Of a stretch of 64,000 nucleotides of DNA, positions 9,447-19,169 are shown piece by piece; the first letter of the stretch is position 1; each line of letters opens with the position of its first letter. Position numbers and translations under genes: made by a program. Location: assembly GCA_032718475.1 (NCBI GenBank), contig JAUCBJ010006694.1:29167-93166 (forward strand), given 5' to 3'. Below the pieces are notes generated by a model that was not told where the DNA came from, ran no database searches, and was given only the letters and a program-made list of their open reading frames with translations. This DNA is from Nemertoderma westbladi. Taxonomy: Eukaryota > Animalia > Xenacoelomorpha.

Positions 9447-10704
9447 TGTAAAAGCTTCTGTGGGATATAACTGGCCCCTTTGCTTCGCAATCCAGTTTCC
9501 CCCCAGGCGCTGGAATACTCTAAAAGGGTTCTCTAACTGTATATATATTCCCCTCGCCCGCAAGGTACCGTTACAGGTGTTTTAACGGACATAAAAGTCA
9601 TTCTGTTATATACGTGTTTTAGCGGACATGGTAAGGCAAAAAACCTGCAATGCACCAAATACCTTTCACAGCTTAGCCGTGATGATTCACATTACGACAT
9701 CTAACAGCTGGTTGCTGACATGGAAACAGCCATTGGACGCATGGTTCTTTGTTTGGCTTGAGCCAATCAGAGCGTTTTTTCCTGTCGACGTGTAGCTTTT
9801 CGGCCGATCATAAGGAGAGTGTTCAGTCTTACTGTTTTTTACTTGATACTTTGTTGTTATTGCTGTCTAAGCCAGAAACACCGGCTCTAGAGTTAATTCT
9901 TTTCATACTTTAAGAAGAAACATTAGTAGGCTTAAATTATAGAGCGTATGACTGTTATCAGTCAAATCCATTCACAATTCAATACTTTGTTGTTATTACT
10001 GTTCAACATACATTATTATACTGCTATTTACTGTTGTGTTTGGTTGAATATTATTTGGAGAACATATATAAAGAACCCAAATTTCCCAATTTTCTTGATA
10101 CACTACAGGTTAGAGAGACGGGTTATATATATAGCGATTGCGACTTATATTGTTGTGGTTTGTAGTGAATTTAATGCTATTTGATAAGCACTACATTGGT
10201 CCGTTGCTGTTCCCTTTATATATGATAAAATTCATTGACGGTCGGCAAATTAGTGAGCAGTATTGTGTGTTACCGGTAGTGTGCATGATTGTGATTGATA
10301 ACTAAGCATTTCCTAAAGAATGCGCCTCATACGTGAATCTTAAGCCTTACCGACTTACCGTTGTGATTAGTGTAAGTCATATCTCTGTTTACCTAGATAG
10401 AGCGCCACGTCCTAAAGGAACTGTTAATATTTCCCGAAAGTAAATAATATTAGTCAGAAATTAATTATTAACGATCAATCGAATAATACAATACCGTAAG
10501 CTTCACTGCAATAATAATTTAAGCCCTCAGAATCCAGTCTCCCGGGATTATCCAGCGGGTGAATGGACGCGCACTAGGCTGGCTTCTGCTAATGTTGTGT
10601 TTGTTGGTATTAAATATTTGTCATCTTCTAAAGTATATTTATAAACCAAAAGACATATAAATTTTGGCAGGTTAAACTGCTAAAGGTCTTCAAAAGCACG
10701 TACA
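9447..10704 (+). repeat. 3' LTR of element A (1258 bp)
   Basis: Starts TGTAAAAGC after the PPT and ends TACA; CCAAT box AGCCAATCAG at ~9761; homologous to 42909-44061 and 53438-54603. Confidence 0.9.
10090..10704 (+). ncRNA. Putative large conserved RNA structure in R-U5 of the LTR
   Basis: Conserved blocks with variable-length hairpin inserts and compensatory changes among three diverged LTRs (see findings). Confidence 0.55.
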
Positions 10705-11293
10705 ATAACAGTCATACGCTCTATAATTTAAGCCTACTAATGTTTCTTCTAAAAGTATGAAATGAATTGACTCTAGAGCCGTTGTTTCTGGCCTAGACAG
10801 CAATAACAACAAAGTATCAAGAAAAAACAGTAAGACTGAACACTCTCCCTATGATCGACCGAAAAGCTACACGTCGACAGGAAAAATCGCTCTGATTGGT
10901 TCAAGCCAAACAAAGAACCATGCGTCCAATGGCTGTTTCCATGTCAGCAACCAGCTGTTAGATGTCGTAATATGAATCATCACGGCTAAGCTATGAAAGG
11001 TATTTGTCGCATTGCAGGTTTTTTGTCTTACCATGTCCGCTAAAACACGTATATAGCAGAATGACTTTTATGTCCGTTAAAACACCTGTAACGGTACCTT
11101 GAGGGCGAGGGGAATATTTATACAGTTAGAGAACCTTTTTAGAGTATTCCAGCGCCTGGGGGGAAACTGGATTGCGAAGCAAAGGGGCCAGTTATATCCC
11201 ACAGAAGCTTTTACACCGCTCCCAGAAAATGGGATTTGAGTCTATAAAATATACAAAATCACAGTTTCTAATATACGTAAATACTCTAAACAG

Positions 11294-12187
11294 TTAGTCT
11301 TTCTTGCGCGGACGGCGTTTACGCAGTTTTTTAAAGCTAGCAAGAGTCCTTTTCTCTTTGGAGCGAGCCACTTTACAAGGAGGGCTATAACTCCTGGGTG
11401 AAGGGTGCAATATGATTGCATCAGAGGGTGTAGGATTATGGTCGGTGTATCCGCCAGTCGAAGTACCGGGTTGATTGACATCAACGTCAGGTGAGAGGGG
11501 TCTAACGGCTTTGAGAGCTCGTTTCAAGACAGCCGCTCTTACGGGTCCTTTACGAGTGGTCTGAACGAGGGCCGTGGGTGGACCATAGGCAGTTAGAAAC
11601 TTCCGGGGTTTAATGGTCCTTTCCAACTCGCGTTCGCGGGCTCGGTATTCGTAAGGCCTTCGATGTACTTCCTGCAACTCGGGATGTGAGTTAACAAACA
11701 AGTCTCCATAGTCCGGATCCTGACGGATATAATTGATTAAGTTATAGGAATGAAGGTCGCTAGGATTAACACTCCTGAGAAATTTGCGTACGAATTTAGT
11801 TGAAATACATTCTCCGACGCGCTTCAGTAGCTCGTAACTCGATATGCGTGATTTCTGTTCAACAGAAGCGAATAGATAAGGATGGAACGCATAAACTCCT
11901 TCGTAAGCGCGTCCGGGATAATAGCGATGGCGCGAATCACAATGTAAATCAGCGTTCGCTTCCCAAGCTCTGATGTAACGTAGTGTGATCATTTCATCTA
12001 CGCTTTCCAAATCGTGATTAAAAGGGCAATCGAAACTGGCGTGTCCCTTTAGTTGACAATGGTGACATTGAGTCATAAATTGAGGGCAAACCGCAAAAAC
12101 GTGCAAATTATTAAATCTGCAATACGCGCAATAAATTTCCATCGCCGGTTGTTCGTGGAAATAGGAACAGCGGACGTTTGTGTCCAT
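11294..12187 (-). CDS. Accessory zinc-knuckle protein (CCHC array, basic NLS-like C-terminus), element B
   Basis: CAYCRFNNLHVFAVC and CHHCQLKGHASFDC (Cx2Cx4Hx4C); C-terminal KKLRKRRPRKKD; open frame extends upstream to the TGA at 12344-12346. Confidence 0.65.
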   Translation of the reverse strand: MDTNVRCSYFHEQPAMEIYCAYCRFNNLHVFAVCPQFMTQCHHCQLKGHASFDCPFNHDLESVDEMITLRYIRAWEANADLHCDSRHRYYPGRAYEGVYAFHPYLFASVEQKSRISSYELLKRVGECISTKFVRKFLRSVNPSDLHSYNLINYIRQDPDYGDLFVNSHPELQEVHRRPYEYRARERELERTIKPRKFLTAYGPPTALVQTTRKGPVRAAVLKRALKAVRPLSPDVDVNQPGTSTGGYTDHNPTPSDAIILHPSPRSYSPPCKVARSKEKRTLASFKKLRKRRPRKKD

Positions 12188-12343
12188 GGGCGTAACATGG
12201 TCTCTCGATGCGCATAACCGACAACGTTGCCGAGAAACATAGTTGGCATGGCGATAATTGTACGCAGTGAGACACTGTGGACCTTGATACCATTCTAGGA
12301 TATAATCGTTGTCGCTGTTCCGGGCGCGATAGGCTGAATCTCC

Positions 12344-12742
12344 TCAGATTCTAGGCATATTGGTTCGTCTTCCCAGTCTGTTACGAATAGAATTTTCGTG
12401 ATCTATTTTCGGTTTATCGTTACGACTCCGCTGGGTATGATATTTAAATAGAACCATTTCCCTTTCGGTGTCTACATCGTCCGTATCATGTAAATCGATA
12501 GGATGGCCGGTAGTTAGGAAGTCCATATACGTACCATTACGATGCGTATAGCGAGCGGTGAATTTTCGATAGTCCAATTCACGCGCAAGTTGCTCTTGGG
12601 ACATCGGCGGTTCGATATAACGACCATCGTCCTCCGTAATGGTTGGATCGGCTTCACCGCGTATTAAGCTATCCACAAATGCTTGTAAAGGTAGAGTATA
12701 TCGCTCCCTAATACCAAGATCATCTTCTATTAACTCCGTCAT
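12344..12742 (-). CDS. Accessory ORF3 N-terminal part (132 aa, unknown function), element B
   Basis: Start MTELIEDDLGIRERY conserved in all four copies (MIELIEDD in D). Confidence 0.6.
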   Translation of the reverse strand: MTELIEDDLGIRERYTLPLQAFVDSLIRGEADPTITEDDGRYIEPPMSQEQLARELDYRKFTARYTHRNGTYMDFLTTGHPIDLHDTDDVDTEREMVLFKYHTQRSRNDKPKIDHENSIRNRLGRRTNMPRI

Positions 12743-13203
12743 ATCTGCTATCTGAGTTTATTAATATCAAATAAGTTTGTATTTAGGCGAGCGGGCGTCG
12801 CTGCCTACTTTTCTTTGCCCCCGGACAGTGGGATTCTCAGCGCCGATGTACCGTCGTCGCGGTGTTTACGCCAACATGTAGCAACAGCACGACAACGATA
12901 ACCGGCACAAGTCACTCCACTGTCCGTCCCAAAGGCTTGGATCCACTTAGGTTCTTTCTATAGGAGAGTTGGGCTATTTTTACAATTGCGACTAGCTACT
13001 GTAAACATACTTTAGCAGTAACATTCACCTATAAACGCACAAATTCCACACAACTGTCAACAACTGCACACACACAGGCCATTTGTCCGTTAGTCAGTGC
13101 CTTCCAGAATGTCACTTTATTACTGTGTATCCTTGGATACTAACAGTGTGCTATGTATTCTCTATGCTAGGCAATGGGACAAGCTTTCTATTGTTCTTTT
13201 AAC

Positions 13204-14739
13204 GTTCGCGCTATTCATTAATGATTTAGAGGCGGAACTACGGGATGGAGGAATTCAGGGCCTGGATGTAGGTGCGCTCAAACTTTTCCTGTTACTTTAT
13301 GCTGATGATATCGTGTTGGTTAGTGAAAGTATTAGTGGACTACAGGGTGCACTCGATATCCTTGGTTGCTATGCCGACTATTGGGGTTTGCGGGTTAACA
13401 TGGACAAGTCCAATATTATGATTTTTAAAAACGGTGGGAATCTTGCACAGCGTGAACGGTGGACTTTCCACAATCGTGAACTCAAAATTGTCTCTGACTA
13501 TACTTACCTAGGAGTAATATTTTCTCCCTCTGGCGGATTCAGGAAAGCGGAGTGTTCTCTTGCAGAGAAGGCCTCTAAAGCATATTTTGTACTCTTAAAA
13601 TATTTTTCGAAATTCCCAAACATTTCACTGAGCTTAAAAGTTCATATCTTCAATACACTTGTGAAACCGATCCTGGAATATGGAAGTGAAATCTGGGGTT
13701 TCCACAGCGCTCCAGAGTGCGAACGAGTTCAACTTAAATTTCTAAAACGGTTATTGGGGGTAAAGTCAGGAACACCTAACTTCATGAGTTATGGTGAAAC
13801 TGGAGTATTCCCGCTAGCATTGTCTAGGGAAATTCGTATAGTAAAATATTGGATTAAAATTATTAATTTACCAGACTCGCGTTTAGTCAAGCAGGCGTAT
13901 CTTATGCTACTTCAGGACTGTCTGACTTTCAATGACAGTAACTGGGTTTCTGGTGTGCGCGATCTGCTTAATAAGTCTGGTAAAAGTTGGGCGTGGGTCA
14001 ACCAGTCGGTCAGCTGTAATAAAATGTTTATTAAATCTCTAGAACGTACATTACAGGATAACTTCATCCAGTCTTGGTGGAGTGCGATAGAAAATTCTCC
14101 CAAGGGAATTTGGTATTTCAAGAGGGTGTTTGGGGCAGAAAACTACTTAAACTCACTTAGTGGTTACCCTACACTGTGTAAGACTGTGAGCCGCCTAAGG
14201 TGTTCCTCACACGATCTACAATTTGAATACGGACGTTGGCATAATGTACCGCGTAACGATAGATTATGCCAGCTCTGTAACCTCCAAGAAGTGGAGGATG
14301 AATACCACTTTGTACTTAAATGTCCGCTCTATCATGATCTACGCATTAAATTTTTGGCAGTAAGATATCATAGAAATCCTTCATCGGTCAAATTTCTTGA
14401 ACTCCTCAGTCTGACGTCGGATTCCAAAATTAAGCAGTTTGGTGTGTTTTTATATCACGCCTTTAAATTACGACTGGAGGCTAAAACCTAGTTAGTACGT
14501 ATTACGTGTGTTGAATGTTTGTGGTGTGAGTATGTGTTGGTAGTTCTTCGGTTTAGGTTGTTATTATGTAGATATAATATATATTATGTTCCTACTTTAC
14601 GCACTGGGTTCACCTATGTATTTCTTTTCTAAATGTATTTGTACTCCGGTATTGTAGCGTGCAGTTGATACTACATACTTTGCTCTCAACAATAGCCTTA
14701 ATTGGCTTGTTGTGATTAACAATAAACATTATAACATTA
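13204..14739 (+). mobile_element. 5'-truncated non-LTR retrotransposon (RT C-terminal half; RTEX-like) inserted in element B
   Basis: LLYADDIVL, YLGV, C-terminal RLCQLC...EDEYHF..C; coding to 14491; AATAAA plus short AACATTAT tail; TSD TTTAAC at 13198-13203 and 14740-14745. Confidence 0.85.
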
Positions 14740-15907
14740 TTTAACTTGTTTCTAATTCTAGCGTGGGTGTTGCTATGGTGACATTATGGAATGCTAGCGG
14801 TAGAATTAGGGTAATTCTCATGCATACAGATCTGGGATGCTATTTAGTAATAATTCTTTAATTGTCAATATCCTCTTTATGCATGATTTTGTTAATTTTA
14901 TCGGCTATTGACTATATGTTGGAGATTCTCGCACTCTAATACACTCAATAGGATGAATCTCCGCTCCCATGATCTATTAATTAATAGAATTTTGGGAATG
15001 TTATAAATTGTACAAAATGACAATTTATGAAATTCATTTAAAATATGAATTTAAATTTATTCCCGTGAATTTTATTATTTGATGTTAAAATTGACACAAT
15101 TTGATTCCAGAGCAGGTCTGGGGACATAGGATCCTTAATTCTATGAAATTTGTCTTTTAAGAGTATCGGGAAGTGCTACGATATCTTAATCGACTAGAAT
15201 TGTTAACGGATCCGAATTTTACAGATTTTAATAAATATTAAGTTAATATTTAAGATAGGCACCGATTTATTCCAGAACTTGTCTGGGGACGTTAACCACT
15301 GATTCTAGAATTTGTCTTTCAAGTATATCGGTGGGTGCCGCGATATCTTAATCGACTAGAATTACAGATGGTCAAAAAGTTTAACAGATTTATTTGCGTT
15401 TTACGCTACTGTTAGAGGGACATCACGCTACTATATGTATTATTTAATATAAGGTAGAAGAGCAATATCGCACGAAGCAATGTCAGTGTGAAGAGGCAAG
15501 TCGTTTCCAAGGTCTACCCAGAGCTTGGCTTAGCCGAGACACGAGGATCTGAACTTTGCATTCCTAATACTCTGCCTACCAATAATACTTGAATATAGTA
15601 GTGGCTTTATTGTACTTTAAGAAGTACGGACATTTCATCTTACTGTAGTCACGTATTTATAATATGATACTGACAGTAAGAAAAGAGAAAAAATTATTTC
15701 TCGCCGTCGCACTAAATATATATTATAAGTAATTACGTACGTAATAAACACTAATATATTGCACTAATCTACTAAATAATACTAAAATAACATTCTACTA
15801 AATAAAATTGAATAAAAACGATTATAATAAAGTACATAATAAAGTTCGCATGTAAAAATATAATAAAATAGATAAAACAATATAGTCATACACCCACTCC
15901 AGACGTA

Positions 15908-18900
15908 TCACGTTAGGGAGTCCCTAGATGTTTGAGGAATTAGGGAGGTGGTCGTGGGAAGAGTGTCTTGCCTTCCATAGTTTCCAGAGAGTTCCCTGTC
16001 TCTTTCCAGTAAACATAAACGACCAACTGGGCGATTGAGTTGTTGCGTCTCAAAGATGATGCCTGGTTTCTTGAAGTTACGCCGCATGACGATGAGTTCT
16101 ACTGAGCGTACTAAACCATCATCTGAAATGTGTGTCTCGATGATACGACCTGTCTGCCACCGTTTACGTGGGAGGTCTGGATCTACAATAAGCACCATAT
16201 CTCCGGCGCTGACGTTTTCTTGCTGCGCAAACCACTTAGTTCGAAGTTGTAGCGTGGGCAGATAATGTTTCTCGAAATGGTCAGCGAAACGACGGGATAG
16301 CAACTGCATAAGTTGCCAAGTTCGATGGCAGTATTCGTCTCCGTCGGCAATCTCCGATCGTGGGAGCATGGCTACGGGTTTCTTCAGTAGGAAGTGCGCG
16401 GGTGTTAGCGCTTCCAGGGAATTGGGACTCGATGAGACTGGCATAAGCGGTCTCTCGTTGAGATAGGCAGCGATTTCCTCCATTAACGTCCGCAAAAGTT
16501 CGTCGGTGAGATACGCGCGGCATGGCACTATAAAGTGAAATGCGGTTTTGACACTTCGAATTAATCTCTCCCAACTTCCTCCCCACCAAGGGGCGTCGGC
16601 AGCGTTGAAGGTCCAGCTAGACGCTGTTATCCTTAGCTGGTCGTCCACCTGTGTTTGGTTCCAGTCCTTCACGTAAGCCTGTATCTCGTTGTTGGCACCT
16701 ATGAAGTTCGTTCCTTTATCCGATCTCATGGTATTACTTGTCCCGAAGCGAGCGATCTGTCGTCGTAAACTTAAGACGAAGCTGTTAGTAGATAGATCGT
16801 TCACCATATCGAGATGGATGGCTCTACAAGTCATGCACACGAAAATGACACACCATCTCTTGACTATAGTCCTCGCACGATATACTTCAATAGGGCCAAA
16901 TAAATCTACACCAGTATTAGTAAAAGGTGGTTCATAGAAGCTTACTCGTTCCCTAGGTAATTCTGCCTCTCGCTGTGTTAAAGGCCTACTGAATGCTTTC
17001 CTACAGGGTATGCAGTTCCTAAGAACTTGGTTCAGAGCTCTACGGGGTTTATCAAAATAATAGCGAGTTCGAATTTCGCTAAGAATTCGTTCTCTACCAG
17101 CATGGTAAAGTTTACCGTGAACGTCTACAATCATCTTGATTTGTACTTCAAGATTTCTAATAAGTATGGGGAATTTGGTGTCAAAGGATAAGGGCGCGTT
17201 GGTGAGTCTTCCTCCAACACGTATTAACCCATCTATCATTGTGCTCGAGAATCGATCCCTTAAGCGCATCTGTGGATTTCTCAACAACAGGAAGTACTTT
17301 TCGGAATCCTCATAGCATTGCAGGAGTCTCAGTATCTGTTTATTTGTTTCTTCATACTCCTGGTGACTAATTTTCTCTTTTAGAAAATGATCAGATATCT
17401 TATATTTGGGTAAATTCTTAATAACATGAACTTGTGCAGATGTCAATGGAGCGTGATCACTAATGGTCTTCGTCCTGGAGTAGTGATGATGAAAACATCG
17501 TCTTAAATATGTGACGGCTTTACAGAGCCGATTCCAGGAACTGTAATGATGCATTGCTCTCTGCAGCATGGGTGAGATTCCTTGCGAGACGTCTGGTATT
17601 CCAGATTTCCAATCTCTATCTCTAATTTCCACAACAGACTTATTTGTGTTGAGGGATTGTGGATCCGAAACATCATTCCCGGAAGTGTGTAATACTGATA
17701 GATCGATAGTCGGTTTAAATAACTTCGATTTACTCGCCCGGGTTTTAGGTTTGACGGTCTCCGCTCCCTTGGCTTGTCTAATCTCTGCCGTAGTAAGGTG
17801 AGGAGGCCATTCATCCTCTTCCTTGCTCAGGAAGTCGGGTCCACCCAACCAATCTGGAGTATCTATCAGTTCCTGTGGAGTTGCTCCCCTGGAGGCGATA
17901 TCGGCTGGATTAATCGTACCAGGGCAATGTCTCCATTGATCTATCTTTGTGCGACTAAGAATAATAGCTACTCGGTTAGTAACAAAAACGCTAAACTGAC
18001 AGACTTCATTGGTGAGATACTCCAACACGAGTAAAGCGTCGGTCCAATAAACCGTTTTCTCCAGTGGATAGTCGATTTGTTCCGTTACGTTCCGGCCGAT
18101 GGCTGTAGCGTATAAAGCCGCCTTTAACTCCGCTCGAGGAACCTTTAACTTGTTGTTAATCAATGCCTTAGAGGTAACCAAGGCGACCTTGATTCCATCC
18201 GGAGTTTCGACTCGCAGATATGCTACTATACCTATTCCCATATCGCTGGCGTCTCCAAACACATGGAGTTGATAAGAATACTTAGGAAGAACATGGCCAA
18301 AATATGCATGGGAAATTATAAAGTTCTCGATGGCAGGTAGAGAATCTTCCCATTTCATCCATTTCTTCAACAATTCTCCCTTAAGCGGATCGTCCCATGA
18401 GTGGTTTTCAAGCCACATCTGTTGTACTAAACTCCGAGCAATCAATATAACTGGGCTAATAAATCCCAATGGGTCGAAATAAGTGCTCAGGATACTTAAA
18501 CAAATCCGTTTGGTCCGAACTGGATTATCTCGCTGTTTCAACTGAAAAAACAGGATGTCTCTTTCAGTGTCCCACTTCAAGCCTAGCGTCTTGGTTTCAG
18601 GAAGATCGTCCTTTATTAAGTCTAGATCTTTCGCTCCGCGGTCTTCTACCGGTATCGCTTCCAGAAACTCACGGGAGTTGCTAGTGAATTTCGTCAGTCG
18701 AAATCCACCTCTTTTCAAACACTCTACCGTTCCTTTCGCGACAGCTATGGCTTCTTCTACTGATGGAAGGGACCTTAAATTGTCGTCCATGTATATATTG
18801 CGTTTTATGTTGTCTATCACTTCTTTGGAGAAGGAGTCTCGGTTATCATTCGCAGTGGTTCGCACCACGGAGCAGGCGTTGGAAGGGCTTGATATGATCC

Positions 18901-19135
18901 CAAAAGCCTGGATGGTCATCCAGTACTCTACCGGTTTCTGGTTGAGGTCTCCTTCAGGCCACCACAGAAATCTCAGGCTATCTCTATCTCTATCCAGCGC
19001 CTTGACTTGTAAGAACATTCCTTCTATATCAGAGGCGAACGCGATGGAATATTGTCTTAATCTTAATAGTATTCCCAACAAAGATTGGAGTAAGTTGGGT
19101 CCTGGTAACAACTCGGAATTGAGGGATTGGCCCAT
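15908..19135 (-). CDS. pol: Bel/Pao Pol (RT-RNase H-integrase), N-terminally truncated, element B
   Basis: DIEGMFLQV, YMDD, VFGDASDMG, WTDA, NPADIASRG, H..H..CIPC, GVDLFGP, SDKGTNF, PWWGGSWERL. Confidence 0.95.
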   Translation of the reverse strand: MGQSLNSELLPGPNLLQSLLGILLRLRQYSIAFASDIEGMFLQVKALDRDRDSLRFLWWPEGDLNQKPVEYWMTIQAFGIISSPSNACSVVRTTANDNRDSFSKEVIDNIKRNIYMDDNLRSLPSVEEAIAVAKGTVECLKRGGFRLTKFTSNSREFLEAIPVEDRGAKDLDLIKDDLPETKTLGLKWDTERDILFFQLKQRDNPVRTKRICLSILSTYFDPLGFISPVILIARSLVQQMWLENHSWDDPLKGELLKKWMKWEDSLPAIENFIISHAYFGHVLPKYSYQLHVFGDASDMGIGIVAYLRVETPDGIKVALVTSKALINNKLKVPRAELKAALYATAIGRNVTEQIDYPLEKTVYWTDALLVLEYLTNEVCQFSVFVTNRVAIILSRTKIDQWRHCPGTINPADIASRGATPQELIDTPDWLGGPDFLSKEEDEWPPHLTTAEIRQAKGAETVKPKTRASKSKLFKPTIDLSVLHTSGNDVSDPQSLNTNKSVVEIRDRDWKSGIPDVSQGISPMLQRAMHHYSSWNRLCKAVTYLRRCFHHHYSRTKTISDHAPLTSAQVHVIKNLPKYKISDHFLKEKISHQEYEETNKQILRLLQCYEDSEKYFLLLRNPQMRLRDRFSSTMIDGLIRVGGRLTNAPLSFDTKFPILIRNLEVQIKMIVDVHGKLYHAGRERILSEIRTRYYFDKPRRALNQVLRNCIPCRKAFSRPLTQREAELPRERVSFYEPPFTNTGVDLFGPIEVYRARTIVKRWCVIFVCMTCRAIHLDMVNDLSTNSFVLSLRRQIARFGTSNTMRSDKGTNFIGANNEIQAYVKDWNQTQVDDQLRITASSWTFNAADAPWWGGSWERLIRSVKTAFHFIVPCRAYLTDELLRTLMEEIAAYLNERPLMPVSSSPNSLEALTPAHFLLKKPVAMLPRSEIADGDEYCHRTWQLMQLLSRRFADHFEKHYLPTLQLRTKWFAQQENVSAGDMVLIVDPDLPRKRWQTGRIIETHISDDGLVRSVELIVMRRNFKKPGIIFETQQLNRPVGRLCLLERDRELSGNYGRQDTLPTTTSLIPQTSRDSLT

Positions 19136-19169
19136 ATATAGAGCAGAGCCATCAAATACGACTCGTACT

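Larger units (their letters stand above)
1..10704 (+). mobile_element. Bel/Pao LTR retrotransposon copy A (non-autonomous; RT/RNase H and integrase deleted; 5' LTR cut by window edge)
   Basis: End of 5' LTR at 1-76 matches 10629-10704; 2.2-kb leader; gag-PR; 3' accessory ORFs; PPT GGGAGCGG at 9439-9446; 3' LTR TGTA...TACA at 9447-10704. Confidence 0.9.
10705..19169 (-). mobile_element. Bel/Pao copy B, inverted, 5'-truncated inside RT; 3' LTR truncated at the primer 11-mer and fused to A's LTR end
   Basis: Reverse complement of A/C sequence; partial LTR 10705-11215; PPT 11216-11223; carries a LINE insertion. Confidence 0.9.

Noticed and set aside
10090-10704. Assignment of the LTR structure to group I/II intron, hammerhead or snRNA
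   Set aside because: No P7/S, domain V or CUGANGA/GAAA consensus recognised by eye; left unclassified
11294-12742. env gene
   Set aside because: No signal peptide, transmembrane segment or glycoprotein-like pattern; it has CCHC knuckles and a basic tail instead
13097-13203. N-terminus of the 464-aa ORF
   Set aside because: It is antisense Bel/Pao spacer upstream of the LINE's TSD; the ORF is a chance chimera
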